A stretch of DNA of 64,000 nucleotides from Frankiaceae bacterium (GCA_019239875.1 JAFAZI010000133.1:130-64129); one strand, 5' to 3'; numbered from the stretch's first letter, positions 52,838-62,838 are shown. The notes: a model not told the origin generated them from the sequence alone. Program-made: numbers and translations.

Positions 52838-53775
52838 GACGGGGCGCTTGCGCGTGGCTTGGGCTGGTCGAGATCGGCGCGGCCGAGCAGCAGCAGAAGC
52901 GTGGCAAGCAGGCTCACCACGGCCACGATCGTGAGGTTGGTGCTGACGCGGTAGGCATCGGAGAGGATGCCCGGTGGCGTCGGCGCGGCCGCGTCGTTGT
53001 TCGCGAGGAACCGCAGCACCCGCTCGGCGTTCAGCGCCCCGGCGGCCAAGCAGTACAGCCACACGACACTCAGCACCGCGAATGCTGGCACGTGGCCGAG
53101 CCGATGGCCGGTGCCGACCGGCCGATACCTGGCGATCACCGCGGCCATGATCGCGACCGCGGCGAAGCTCAGAAAGGCGGCACCGATCGCGTCGCTCGGG
53201 CGGTGCCAGCCTGCGGTCTGCACCGCCGCGGCCGTGAACCAGGCGAAGGACCCGGCGACCACCGCCGAGATGCCGCGCCACGACGGTGGCGACACGACGA
53301 CGAGCGCCAAGGCGCACGAGATGGCCGTCGCCGTGTGCCCGCTCGGATAGGTGTTGTAGGCCTGGACCAGGGCGTTGTCGACGAGTGCCGGTCGGCCGAG
53401 CACCACGCGCCGGAGCAGGTCGGTGAACAGCACCGAGAACGCGGCCGCAACCGCGACGCTGATCCCGAGGCGGGGCCGCCGTCGTACCCATCCGAAGCCG
53501 ACGATGAGGACCAGTACCAGGAGGAAGGAGTCGGCAGTGATCCGTTGCAGCTGGTCGGTGTCGGAGATCCGGGTCGCCGGGAGCTGCTGGCGGGCGCCGA
53601 GCAGCGCGGCGTTGTCGAAGCGCTGCCCGATGGCCGTGTAGACGAACAGGACGTAGATCGCCGCACACGCGAGGGCCGCAACCGCGGCTGCGACCAGCAA
53701 GCGGGTCGCGAGCCGCCGGTCGGGCACAGCGTCGACCGGTGCCGAGGTCGGTACCGCCGTCGTCACCACGCTCAC
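52834..53775 (-). CDS. PAP2-superfamily phosphatase (membrane)
   Basis: PSGH (YPSGHTATA) and SR/HRPSD motifs in a polytopic protein. GTG start with GGAGG 5 nt upstream; the track ORF is over-extended. Confidence 0.65.
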   Translation of the reverse strand: MSVVTTAVPTSAPVDAVPDRRLATRLLVAAAVAALACAAIYVLFVYTAIGQRFDNAALLGARQQLPATRISDTDQLQRITADSFLLVLVLIVGFGWVRRRPRLGISVAVAAAFSVLFTDLLRRVVLGRPALVDNALVQAYNTYPSGHTATAISCALALVVVSPPSWRGISAVVAGSFAWFTAAAVQTAGWHRPSDAIGAAFLSFAAVAIMAAVIARYRPVGTGHRLGHVPAFAVLSVVWLYCLAAGALNAERVLRFLANNDAAAPTPPGILSDAYRVSTNLTIVAVVSLLATLLLLLGRADLDQPKPRASAPS

Positions 53776-53886
53776 GCCTCCATGAAAGCCCGAAAACCTG
53801 AACGATTCGCGATTTCGCTGCGGTTGCGCCTGACCCGTGGCAGGTTGACACCGTCGAAGCGTGTCGCTGACCTGGGGGTTTGCCCG

Positions 53887-54903
53887 ATGTACGACGCTGG
53901 ACGCCGCGCCCGAACCTGGGGAGTTCTCCTGTTGGTGATCGGCGGCGCAGCGGCCGCGGTCGGACCGGTGCAGCGGGTCTCGGCAACTCCGGCTGGCCAT
54001 GGCGGCTGGCACTTCAGCAAGCCGTACCGGATTCCGCACATGCGTGACGCAGTGAACGGGATCGCGTGCCCGACGGCCAAGCTGTGCCTCGCGCCATCGG
54101 CGAACAAGATGTTCTGGACCACGAAGGCGACCGGCGGCAAAGGCAAGTGGAAGAACGCAGCGCTCGAGGACTCGCAGGGCGGGAGCGTGATCCTCACCGA
54201 CGTCACCTGCGCGTCGAAGAACCTGTGCGTTGCCGTCGACAACCTCGGCAACGGGTTCGTCGCAACGAAGCCGGCGGGCGGCAAGAACGCCTGGCATCCC
54301 GTCTACATCTCGAGCATCGAGATCGAGTCGGTCGGCTGCTCCGCCAGTGGCGACTGCGCGGCCCTGGACTACTACGGCAACGTCTTCTCGACAACAACGC
54401 CATCGACCGGATGGACCATCGGGAACAAGAAGGTCGGTACCGGTGCGGGCTCAGATGGCGGCGTCGGGTGCGCGCACGGCCTGTGCGCCGTCACGTCGGG
54501 TACCAACAAGATCGCGACCACCACGAAGCCCGGCAGCGCGACCTGGAAGGTCACGAAGGTCAAGGGGTCGAGTCAGTGGTCTGACGTCGCCTGCCCCTCG
54601 GCGCATCGCTGCGTCGCCGTCGGCAGCCCTTCGTTCCACGGCAAGGTGGCCGTCTCGAAGGGCGCGGGTGGCTGGAAGCACGCGAGCTTGGGCCAGGGTG
54701 GTGGCGGCGGCGTCGACTGTGCGAGCGCATCCTCCTGCTTCATCATCTCCGACTACTTCTCGTCGCACCCCAAGGCGAGCAAGCACGCGTGGAAGCCCGT
54801 CGCCATGCCCTCGCTCGGCAGCCAGACCGGCGTGTCTTGCCCCACGCCGAGGCGCTGCTTCATCGGTACGTCGACCAACCAGTTCACGGTCGGGAACCGC
54901 TAG
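53887..54903 (+). CDS. secreted protein of seven Cys-x4-5-Cys tandem repeats (paralogue of 20434..22422)
   Basis: Start MYDAGRRARTWGVLLLVIGGAAAAVG (signal). Seven roughly 43-aa modules (C-x4-5-C-[VALF]-[AV]…W…), e.g. CASKNLCVAVDNLGNGFVATKPAGGKNAWHPV. Confidence 0.65.
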   Translation: MYDAGRRARTWGVLLLVIGGAAAAVGPVQRVSATPAGHGGWHFSKPYRIPHMRDAVNGIACPTAKLCLAPSANKMFWTTKATGGKGKWKNAALEDSQGGSVILTDVTCASKNLCVAVDNLGNGFVATKPAGGKNAWHPVYISSIEIESVGCSASGDCAALDYYGNVFSTTTPSTGWTIGNKKVGTGAGSDGGVGCAHGLCAVTSGTNKIATTTKPGSATWKVTKVKGSSQWSDVACPSAHRCVAVGSPSFHGKVAVSKGAGGWKHASLGQGGGGGVDCASASSCFIISDYFSSHPKASKHAWKPVAMPSLGSQTGVSCPTPRRCFIGTSTNQFTVGNR

Positions 54904-55230
54904 CTACCAGCGCGGGGGCATCGCTCGATCGCTGATCGACTCGCCCGGTGCCGGTGGTCCCGGATCGCTCGGCAGGTCGAGCACCGGCGGCCTGTCACGG
55001 TCGGGCACGCGCTTCCACACGTCGCGCAGGATCATCGGGGCGACGAAGACCGTGTAGAGGAACCCGGCGAACAACCATCCGATCTGATAGCTCATGGCGA
55101 GGCCCGGAATGTTGACGCCGACCAGCCACCAAACCGGTAGCAACGCGACGACGGTGGCGAGAACTCGGCCGGCTGGTCCGAAGGTGACAGCCGACCGTTT
55201 CCAGCGGGACATCTGCGGACGGCCGTTCAC
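54904..55230 (-). CDS. small membrane protein (hypothetical)
   Basis: Two hydrophobic helices (VLATVVALLPVWWLVGV…; IGWLFAGFLYTVFVAPMIL). Start uncertain. Confidence 0.35.
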   Translation of the reverse strand: MNGRPQMSRWKRSAVTFGPAGRVLATVVALLPVWWLVGVNIPGLAMSYQIGWLFAGFLYTVFVAPMILRDVWKRVPDRDRPPVLDLPSDPGPPAPGESISDRAMPPRW

Positions 55231-55251
55231 CCTAGTGATGTCGACAGCTGG

Positions 55252-55716
55252 CTACGCGCGCTTCAGCTCCAGCACCGGGATGGTCCGGATCCCGCGGGTC
55301 TGTTCGGCATACTCCGCGAATCCGGGATACCGCCGTGACTGCTCCGCGTACACCTGGTCGCGCTCGTCGCCGCGGAGCTCGCGGACCGTGACGTCGTACG
55401 CATCGGTGCCCAGCTCGACCGAGCCGGTGCCGGCTGCGATCAGATTCGCGTACCACTCGGGGTGAGTGGGGGAGCCGCCCTTCGAGGCGAACACGTAGAT
55501 CGCGTCCGGCTCGTCACCTTGCAGATACATCATCGGGGAGACGCGTTCGACCCCACTCTTGCGCCCGACATGGTGCACCAACACCATCGGGGCGCCCTCG
55601 AACTGCCCGCCGACGCGCCCCTCGTTCGCGCGAAAATCCTCGATGACCTTCGCGTTCCAGTCGATGACGTCGGACACGGTGCGGCTCCACGGCTCAGCGA
55701 TTTGACGGTGCGTCAC
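55252..55716 (-). CDS. nitroreductase-family deazaflavin (F420H2)-dependent oxidoreductase (Ddn/DUF385 family)
   Basis: Typical DUF385 blocks (NAKVIEDFRANEGRVGG…APMVLVHHVGRKSG…P.MY…PEWYANL…). Confidence 0.75.
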   Translation of the reverse strand: MTHRQIAEPWSRTVSDVIDWNAKVIEDFRANEGRVGGQFEGAPMVLVHHVGRKSGVERVSPMMYLQGDEPDAIYVFASKGGSPTHPEWYANLIAAGTGSVELGTDAYDVTVRELRGDERDQVYAEQSRRYPGFAEYAEQTRGIRTIPVLELKRA

Positions 55717-55755
55717 AGGTGCAACGCGGGTACGGCGGCAATCGTTCCCTCTCCC

Positions 55756-56784
55756 TCAGGCGAGGAACGCCTTGACCGCCACCGCATCTTCGTCGAGGAC
55801 CGAACGGTTTGGCTTCGAGATCGTGGCGAAGGGTGACATCGCGACCTCGCCGCGTGCGAGCGACCACGTCGCCACCGCCCGGCCTCGCACCATGGCGAAC
55901 GGTCGAAAGACACCGTTGCTCGTGACGATCCCTTGTTGCGTGCCGATGATCGGCTCGCGCGAGCGCCAACCCAGCAGCGACGGATCGAAGGCACCGAGCA
56001 GGCGCGGCGGCGGAAGCTCGGCGTGCCCGGAGCGGTTGACCGTGGCGGCCAGACCGTCCGCGCGGTCCACGAGCTGCGAGGCGATCTGCGCGAGGCCGCG
56101 GCGGGCGTCCCCGATGTTGATTCCCGCCCAGCGGGTGAGGTCCTCGGCGCTGGCCGGGCCGTGACCGGCGAGGTACCGGCGGGCGAGCTCACCGAGCTCG
56201 ATATCCCGCGTCATCGGTTTCGGCGCCTTGCCGAGCCAGTCTCGGACGAGCACGAATGCATGTTCGGTCGCGACCATCGGGCCGCGGACGACGTGGCCTC
56301 GAATCGCGGCCAGCAGCAGGATGTGCGCGAACGCCTGGCCCTCGGTCCGGATTCCAGCGGCCCGAATCGGCCCGCGCAGCTGCTCGCGCGTGGCCGGACC
56401 GCTCGAGAGCACCTTCAGGATGATCTTCACGCCACGCTCGGCGTCCGCTGCCGAAACCTTCTCCTGGGCAAGCCGCCTGGCGGAGGAGGTCAGGAGCTGC
56501 GGGGTCGTGAGCCGATGCAGCCACCAGTAGTCGTCGCTGCGGACCAGGTGCAGCGTGCCGCGGTTTAAGGTGGAGACGACGACTGATCGTTCCTCGGTGA
56601 GCTGGCCGTCGACGTGGCGAGCCGTCAGGCCCACGCTGCGGGCACGGATCGCCAGACGCGCCCCGCGGGGGTCCTGAGCCTGCACCGCGAGCAACCGCCG
56701 TACGACGTCCAGCACCGTGCCGGCTACAGAGTTCGACAGCAGCTGGGCGCTGAGCCGTTCGGCGAGAACGGTGGAACGAGCCAC
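55756..56784 (-). CDS. winged-helix DNA-binding protein, YcaQ/DUF1006 family (DNA crosslink-repair glycosylase-like)
   Basis: Family-typical segments (…LLAVQAQDPRGARLAIRAR…TLHLV…). Start uncertain (GTG about 56784); the track start would overlap the upstream gene. Confidence 0.55.
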   Translation of the reverse strand: MARSTVLAERLSAQLLSNSVAGTVLDVVRRLLAVQAQDPRGARLAIRARSVGLTARHVDGQLTEERSVVVSTLNRGTLHLVRSDDYWWLHRLTTPQLLTSSARRLAQEKVSAADAERGVKIILKVLSSGPATREQLRGPIRAAGIRTEGQAFAHILLLAAIRGHVVRGPMVATEHAFVLVRDWLGKAPKPMTRDIELGELARRYLAGHGPASAEDLTRWAGINIGDARRGLAQIASQLVDRADGLAATVNRSGHAELPPPRLLGAFDPSLLGWRSREPIIGTQQGIVTSNGVFRPFAMVRGRAVATWSLARGEVAMSPFATISKPNRSVLDEDAVAVKAFLA

Positions 56785-56803
56785 GCTCTCGGACCTTATG
56801 TAC

Positions 56804-58330
56804 CTACTTGGCGTCGGGCAACCGGATGCCGTGTCCTTTGGGGACGTAGTGGCGCGCCTTGCCATCCGGGCTGCGATCGATGCTCACGTACTCGTAAGCG
56901 CCGGCGTAGCCGTCCCGGTTCGTCATGCCCTTGCAGCTCTTGCGGAGGTTCTCGCAGTGGAATCGCCCGCCGCCCGGCGTGGTGATGTCGAGCCGCGACC
57001 GGTAGTAGAAGGAGAAGGCGTTGCCGTCACCGAACGGGTCGACGGCCGCTTCGAGTCCGTCATGTCGCCAGCGCCGGGTCACGAGTCGCTGGTACGCGGA
57101 CTTGTGACCCTTGACGTAACGGTCGAACCACGCGCTCGTGTACCAGTCGATCAGATCCGGGCCGCGCAACGAGGCGCCGAAGGCCGGGTTCGGGATGTAG
57201 GAGAAGTCCAGGTGTGACCCGCCGCGAATGACGATCTCGCCGGTGTCGACGCGGCGCTTGGAGTAGACGAGCGACTCGGTCGACTTCGCCATCGGGTCGG
57301 GGAGATCGGTGTTCGGGGTCGGCGGCAGGAAGTAGTCCGCCGAGATGCCGAGTGCGGGAACTCGGAGCTTCGCGGGCCGCCGGTTCCGCTTGTCGACGCA
57401 GCCGCCCTCACGGCCGTCCGGACTCGGCTTGGCGAGGTTGTCCCACGCGACGATCGCACTGACCCGCTTGTCCCACTGGCCGATGTAGGACACGCCGGCC
57501 GCGCCATAGGAGTGGCCGACGACGCCGAGCTTGTGGCGGGCCAGGATGCGCCAGAACGGGTTGTACGCCGCATCGAAACCCGCCTTGACCCGGCTGCGCT
57601 GCTTGTCGGCGTGACTCGTGCCGCTGTTGCAGGACTTCACCGGGAGGTAGGGGTGCTTGGGGTTCGAGAGGAAGAAGTTGATCGCGTCCTCCGTGCCGTC
57701 GTAGAACGGCCGGCCATCGGACTGAGCTGGGTATCCCTCCTGGGCGTCGGCGCCCTCGCCCATCTCGTCGGACTGACCCTGGCCCTGCGGGTCGAACGTC
57801 ATCACGACGTACCCGGCCTTCGCGAGCGTCTCCGCGGCGAACCAGTAGAGCTGCTCATCGGCCTGGACGGAACCGTTCGTGATGACGATTCCCGGTCGCT
57901 TCGCCGGCCCCTTACGGGTCGCCCACACGTGGCCGGACAGCGTGGCGCCACTGCGAGCCGTGAACAGGAACGGGTCCACGATGCCGTAGTGATGTGTCTG
58001 CCAGGCATACAGCCTGGTGTCGCCCGCGCACCCATCCATGCCGTTGCCGCACAGGTCCGGGTAGGACCGGTCCGGGTCGGCGAGCTGCATGTTCTGCGAG
58101 GCGGCCTGGTTCTTCAGGCTGATCGACCGCAGCTGCTTCTGGTAGGTCGGCGTGAGGTAGGTGTCCTGCCGCTCGAACGTGCTCGAGAAGTTGGTGGTCT
58201 CCACGGCGGGATCGAAGGACTTAGCGGCGTACTTCGGCTCCTTCACCCCACCCGCGCCGAGGGCGAGCGGGGTACCGAGAAGCAGCGTTGCGGCCGCGAC
58301 GGTCGCGACGATGGGGGGTGATCGGCGCAT
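56804..58330 (-). CDS. secreted α/β-hydrolase (esterase/lipase-like, GHSYG nucleophile elbow)
   Basis: Start at MRRSPPIVATVAAATLLLGTPLALGAG (signal). GxSxG motif (VVGHSYGAAG). Confidence 0.65.
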   Translation of the reverse strand: MRRSPPIVATVAAATLLLGTPLALGAGGVKEPKYAAKSFDPAVETTNFSSTFERQDTYLTPTYQKQLRSISLKNQAASQNMQLADPDRSYPDLCGNGMDGCAGDTRLYAWQTHHYGIVDPFLFTARSGATLSGHVWATRKGPAKRPGIVITNGSVQADEQLYWFAAETLAKAGYVVMTFDPQGQGQSDEMGEGADAQEGYPAQSDGRPFYDGTEDAINFFLSNPKHPYLPVKSCNSGTSHADKQRSRVKAGFDAAYNPFWRILARHKLGVVGHSYGAAGVSYIGQWDKRVSAIVAWDNLAKPSPDGREGGCVDKRNRRPAKLRVPALGISADYFLPPTPNTDLPDPMAKSTESLVYSKRRVDTGEIVIRGGSHLDFSYIPNPAFGASLRGPDLIDWYTSAWFDRYVKGHKSAYQRLVTRRWRHDGLEAAVDPFGDGNAFSFYYRSRLDITTPGGGRFHCENLRKSCKGMTNRDGYAGAYEYVSIDRSPDGKARHYVPKGHGIRLPDAK

Positions 58331-58341
58331 GTCGGCTTGCC

Positions 58342-58785
58342 TCAGGGCACCGGCTCGAGGACGAAGACGGGAATCACGCGGTCGGTGCTGTCTTGGTACA
58401 CCTGATAGTCGGGGTACGCCGCCACCGCGCGCTCCCACCAGACGGCCTTCTCCTCGCCGGTGACCTCGCGCGCGATCATGTCCTGCTTCGTCGGGCCGTC
58501 TTGCACCTCGACATGTGGGTTCGCGACCAGGTTGTAGTACCAGACGGGGTTGTTCGGCATGCCGCCGACGGAGGCGACCGCGGCGTACTTCCCGTCGTGC
58601 TCCACCCGCATCAACGGGTTCTTGCGGAGCTTGCCTGACTTGTTGCCGACACTCGTCACGATGATCACGGGGCGTCCGGTGTCGGCGAAGGTCACGCCGT
58701 CCGTACCGCCGGAGCCCTCGATCGCCTCGACCTGCTCGCGCACCCAGTCCCAGGCGCTCGGCTCGTATTCACCCTCGAGTGGCAT
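58342..58785 (-). CDS. nitroreductase-family deazaflavin-dependent oxidoreductase (Ddn/DUF385 family), second copy
   Basis: …[28 protein letters not shown]…[13 protein letters not shown]… Sits 2 nt downstream of the AKR gene. Confidence 0.75.
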   Translation of the reverse strand: MPLEGEYEPSAWDWVREQVEAIEGSGGTDGVTFADTGRPVIIVTSVGNKSGKLRKNPLMRVEHDGKYAAVASVGGMPNNPVWYYNLVANPHVEVQDGPTKQDMIAREVTGEEKAVWWERAVAAYPDYQVYQDSTDRVIPVFVLEPVP

Positions 58786-58786
58786 C

Positions 58787-59803
58787 TCAACCCCTGATCG
58801 GTCGGGTGGGTGGCGACTGCTCGGTCGTGAGCGCCGGGTCGGAGGTGATGACGCCGCGGAGGGCCTCGTCGATCGCCTTCATGATTGCCGGCTCGAGGGT
58901 CACCCCGGCGGCCCCGGCGTTGTCGGTGACCTGCTCGGGTCGGGACGCCCCGATGATCGCGCTCGACACGTTGGGGTTCTGCAACACCCACGCGACAGCG
59001 AGCTGAGCCATCGACAATCCGACGTCGCGAGCGATCGGCTGCAGCTTCGCGACGGCGTTCAGCACGTCATCGCGAAGCCAGCGCGAGATCATGTCCGCCC
59101 CGCCGGTCTCGTCCGTGGCTCGAGATCCCTGGGGGTGCGGCTGGCCCGGCTGGTACTTGCCGGTCAAGACACCTTGCGCGATCGGTGACCACACGATCTG
59201 TCCGATCCCTAGCTCCTCGCACGTCGGGACGACCTCGGCCTCGATCACCCGCCAGAGCATCGAATACTGCGGCTGGTTGGAAACCAGCGGGATCTTGAGC
59301 TCGGTCGCCAGGGCGTGGCCCGCGCGGATCTGGTCCGCGGTCCACTCCGACACCCCGATGTAGTGCGCCTTCCCGGAATGTACGACGTCAGCGAAGGCCG
59401 ACATCGTCTCCTCGAGCGGTGTCTCGTGGTCATACCGATGTGCCTGGTAGAGATCGATGTGGTCGGTCTGGAGCCGCCGCAGGGATCCTTCGACCGCCTC
59501 GCGGATGTGCTTACGGGAAAGTCCCGAGTCGTTCGGTCCCTTCGGTCCGGTCGGCGCATAGACCTTCGTGAAGATCTCCAGCGACTCGCGTCGCTCACCT
59601 TTCAGGGCCTTTCCGAGGACCTCCTCCGCCTTCGTGTTGGCATACACGTCGGCGGTGTCGAAGGTCGTGATACCGACCTCGAGGGCCTGCCGGACGCAGG
59701 CGAGCGCCGCGTCCTCTTCGACCTGTGAGCCGTGCGTGAGCCAGTTGCCGTAGGAGATCTCGGAGATCTTCAGACCTGCAGAACCAAGCCGGCGATATTC
59801 CAT
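58787..59803 (-). CDS. aldo/keto reductase
   Basis: AKR family (…[20 protein letters not shown]…, catalytic Tyr/Lys/His blocks). 338 aa. Confidence 0.85.
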   Translation of the reverse strand: MEYRRLGSAGLKISEISYGNWLTHGSQVEEDAALACVRQALEVGITTFDTADVYANTKAEEVLGKALKGERRESLEIFTKVYAPTGPKGPNDSGLSRKHIREAVEGSLRRLQTDHIDLYQAHRYDHETPLEETMSAFADVVHSGKAHYIGVSEWTADQIRAGHALATELKIPLVSNQPQYSMLWRVIEAEVVPTCEELGIGQIVWSPIAQGVLTGKYQPGQPHPQGSRATDETGGADMISRWLRDDVLNAVAKLQPIARDVGLSMAQLAVAWVLQNPNVSSAIIGASRPEQVTDNAGAAGVTLEPAIMKAIDEALRGVITSDPALTTEQSPPTRPIRG

Positions 59804-59846
59804 CGTTCGACCCTAGTCCCCGCTCAGGCCCGGTTCGGTCCCCCCG

Positions 59847-60296
59847 TCACGGGCTCGGTGGCCCGACCGTCGCCTTCCAGGTCACCTTGCCGTCGCACTT
59901 GCGCTTGCCCTTGGGCCAGGTGGTCGACATGTAGCCCTTTGCCTTCGTGCGAGAGGTGAATCGCCCCTTCACCGTCACGCGGACGCGCGGCAGGTAGTCG
60001 TTGGAGGACTCCTTGAAATGGCCGTGCTTGATCCGCGCCTTCTTCTGCGGGATTGCGAACGACGGCGCTTGCGGGCAGCGATCGTTGTTCGACGGCGCGC
60101 TGCCGATCTCATTGGAAACCTTGTGCTTGCTCACCTGGAAGAAGAAGTTTTGAGCCTGTGATCCTTTGGTCGACCCGGCCCACTGACCGTGCTTCGGCTT
60201 CACGGTCGCGTGGACACCCGCGAGTGCGCCGGCGCCGAACGCCATGGAACCGGCGGCGATGAGCGAAACGACTGTGGTGCGGATGCGCGAGTTCAT
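59847..60296 (-). CDS. secreted Lys-rich hypothetical protein
   Basis: Signal peptide (MNSRIRTTVVSLIAAGSMAFGAGALAG). Two Cys; no recognised domain. Confidence 0.5.
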   Translation of the reverse strand: MNSRIRTTVVSLIAAGSMAFGAGALAGVHATVKPKHGQWAGSTKGSQAQNFFFQVSKHKVSNEIGSAPSNNDRCPQAPSFAIPQKKARIKHGHFKESSNDYLPRVRVTVKGRFTSRTKAKGYMSTTWPKGKRKCDGKVTWKATVGPPSP

Positions 60297-60318
60297 GGCT
60301 ACCCCCTAGGTCGGCGTG

Positions 60319-60813
60319 TCAGCTGCTCAATGCCTCGTCGATGCAGTCGCGGATCTCAGGTGCGTCTGGCTCGACGAGGGGGCGAAACCGGCCGAGCACC
60401 TTGCCGTCAGCGCCGACGACGAACTTCTCGAAGTTCCACTGGATGTCGCCGGCCTTGCCCTCGGCGTCCGCCGTCGAGGTGAGCGCTTCGTAGATCGGGT
60501 CACGGCCGTCGCCGTTGACCTCGACCTTCGACGTCAGCGGAAAGGTGACGCCATAGCTCGTGGAGCAGAAGGTCTGGATCTCCTCGGAGGTCCCAGGCTC
60601 CTGCTCGCCGAACTGGTTGCATGGGAAGCCGACGACCGTGAAGCCCTTGCCGGACAGCTCCTCGTGGAGTTGCTCCAGCTTTGTGTACTGCGGCGTCAGT
60701 CCGCACTTGCTGGCGACGTTCACGACAAGCGCGACCTTGCCGTCGGTGAGCGCGCCGAAGGTCGTCGGCTCGCCACTGAGTGTGGTGACCGGGAGTTCGA
60801 GGAGGTCTGTCAT
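60319..60813 (-). CDS. glutathione peroxidase-family thiol peroxidase
   Basis: Gpx signature (LVVNVASKCGLTPQY…, FPCNQFGEQEPG…, WNFEKF). Confidence 0.9.
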   Translation of the reverse strand: MTDLLELPVTTLSGEPTTFGALTDGKVALVVNVASKCGLTPQYTKLEQLHEELSGKGFTVVGFPCNQFGEQEPGTSEEIQTFCSTSYGVTFPLTSKVEVNGDGRDPIYEALTSTADAEGKAGDIQWNFEKFVVGADGKVLGRFRPLVEPDAPEIRDCIDEALSS

Positions 60814-60833
60814 GCGCCCATCTTTGCAAAGAT

Positions 60834-61517
60834 TCAGTTCGGCGATGCGGGGGCGTCCAGCAGACGGCCGGCGGGCACGGCGGACAGCTCGCGCAGCAGC
60901 ATCGACTCGACCGTGAGCCAGCGCGCCTCGGCGGCGAGGCGCCCGGCAGCGTCGTACTCCGCGAGGAACCGTTGCTTGTCACGGTTCTCAGCGATCACCG
61001 TGGCGGCGACCAGGTAGGAGAGGAGCCGGGCGTCGGACGGCACTTCCGGTACGTCGAACGCGACGCCGCGAATGCCGCCCAGGGCGTCGCGATACGCGGC
61101 GTACCGCTCAGCGACGAGGTCGTTCAACGCGCCGACGTTGCCGGTTGGCTCCGGCAGCCACTCGACGGTGGCGCGCAGGTACGGCAGCTCGCTGTCCAGC
61201 GTGAGGATTCGGAATCGCTGGGTGCCGACGCTCTGCAGGTCGAAGGTCCCGTCCGCGGATCCGGTGACCTGTGTGATGACCGCCATGCATCCGACGTCGT
61301 GCAGGGCGTTGACGCCATCCACCCCGACCTCACGACCGCTGCGGATCGTGATCACGCCGAAGCTGCGGTCGGCTTCCGGGACGGCGAGGAGGTCGGCCAT
61401 CAGGGTTCGGTACCGATCCTCGAAGATGTGCAACGCGAGCGGCGCGCCGGGGAACAGGACCGTGCCGAGCGGGAACAGGGGGATCAGCGACGTCGGCACG
61501 TTGGAAGTACACCTCAC
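60834..61517 (-). CDS. LON substrate-binding (N-terminal) domain protein
   Basis: LON N-domain pattern (IPLFPLGTVLFPGAPLALHIFEDRYRTLM…). No ATPase or protease domain. Confidence 0.65.
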   Translation of the reverse strand: MRCTSNVPTSLIPLFPLGTVLFPGAPLALHIFEDRYRTLMADLLAVPEADRSFGVITIRSGREVGVDGVNALHDVGCMAVITQVTGSADGTFDLQSVGTQRFRILTLDSELPYLRATVEWLPEPTGNVGALNDLVAERYAAYRDALGGIRGVAFDVPEVPSDARLLSYLVAATVIAENRDKQRFLAEYDAAGRLAAEARWLTVESMLLRELSAVPAGRLLDAPASPN

Positions 61518-61611
61518 GGACTACGCCGAAGGGGTCATTTCCGAGGGACAAATCGGTCTATGGGCGGCGCGACCTCAACATGTGTGTCAGCGTGGTCGAT
61601 GAGCAAGCCAC

Positions 61612-62838
61612 ATGACCACCACACCAGCGCGCTCGTCGCATCGTCGTACCGTCGTCGGCCTCGCCGTGACGGTCACAGTGCTGGCCGTCGCTCCTGGGGT
61701 GGGTGTCGCCGGTGGCGGTTCCCATCACCGCGGTAGCTGCCCGAAGGCTGAGTCGCTGGTGCCCGGGACGGCCTGGAAGACGAAGTCCCTCGCGAAGGGG
61801 GTCACCGTCTCGACCGGCACCGCGAAGGACGCGAACGGCGACGTCAACATGCACGTCCTACGCGTCGACCTGACCAAGCCGCGGGTCAGGGTCGTGCCAC
61901 TCGTGCACTCGCTCGCGGAGCGCTCGCCGCTGACGGCCCTCGCGGCGCACAAGCCGAGGCTCGTCGCGGCGACGAACACCGGCTACTTCGACTTCCAGTA
62001 CGGCGCGCCCACCGACCCGTTCATCAAGCGGGGCGTCCCGCAGGTCATCTCGAACTCTCACGAGATGGTCGTCGGCATCGGTAAGAACGGCCGGCTCGAA
62101 GCCGGCCACGTCTGGCTCTCATCGACCATCAACGCAGGCGGGAACACCCATTCCCTCGATGCGCTCAACGAGACGTACCCCCCGACCGGCATCGGTGTCT
62201 ACAACCGACGTTGGGGCAGCGAGCACGTTCCGGGCGGCTGGAATGCGACGACGCGCGCCGTGACCGGGGGCACGCTTGCCGCGGGACAGGCCCCGCGGCA
62301 CGGCGCGACCGTCCCGAACAACGGCTACCTCTTGCAGGCCCGGGGGAGCGCCGCCTCAGGCTGGCTGAACGATCTCGCGACCGGGACCGCGGTCAGCATC
62401 ACCTCGACGGTGAAGACCGACGCGAAGTCTCCGTTCGTGCAGGCGTACGGCGTCGGGCTCCAGCTGGTGGAGAAGGCCGGAGTCGCCAAGACCGGTTTCA
62501 GCTGCGACAGCGCGAACACCAAGCAGCCCGCCCGAACCGCGATCGGTTGGGCGAACGGCGGCCGAACGATGATCATCGCGGTGGTCGCCCAGCACGCGCA
62601 CACGTCGATGCACGGTTTGGACAACGACCAGATGTCGAAGCTGATGGTCCAGCTCGGCGTCCAGCAGGCCTACAACTTCGACGGGTCGGGCTCGACCGAG
62701 CTGCTCGCGAAGTTTCGGCACTCGCCGTCATTGAAGCTGCAGAACTATCCGGCCGATGGTGCGGAGCGACCGATGCCGGTCGGCCTCGGCATCTCGGTCA
62801 AGCCCGTCAAGCACCGGCACCACAAGAAGCACCACTGA
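61612..62838 (+). CDS. secreted phosphodiester glycosidase-family protein (DUF2233/NAGPA-like)
   Basis: Signal peptide. Family-like segments (…VLRVDLT…, …ATNTGYFDF…, …AIGWANGGRTMIIAVV…, …QAYNFDGSGST…). His/Lys C-terminal tail. Confidence 0.6.
   Translation: MTTTPARSSHRRTVVGLAVTVTVLAVAPGVGVAGGGSHHRGSCPKAESLVPGTAWKTKSLAKGVTVSTGTAKDANGDVNMHVLRVDLTKPRVRVVPLVHSLAERSPLTALAAHKPRLVAATNTGYFDFQYGAPTDPFIKRGVPQVISNSHEMVVGIGKNGRLEAGHVWLSSTINAGGNTHSLDALNETYPPTGIGVYNRRWGSEHVPGGWNATTRAVTGGTLAAGQAPRHGATVPNNGYLLQARGSAASGWLNDLATGTAVSITSTVKTDAKSPFVQAYGVGLQLVEKAGVAKTGFSCDSANTKQPARTAIGWANGGRTMIIAVVAQHAHTSMHGLDNDQMSKLMVQLGVQQAYNFDGSGSTELLAKFRHSPSLKLQNYPADGAERPMPVGLGISVKPVKHRHHKKHH

Noticed and set aside
52810-54903. 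Track ORF of 697 aa
   Set aside because: The N-terminal ~360 codons are Arg/Gly-rich antisense to the PAP2 gene. The real protein starts at the signal peptide (53887).
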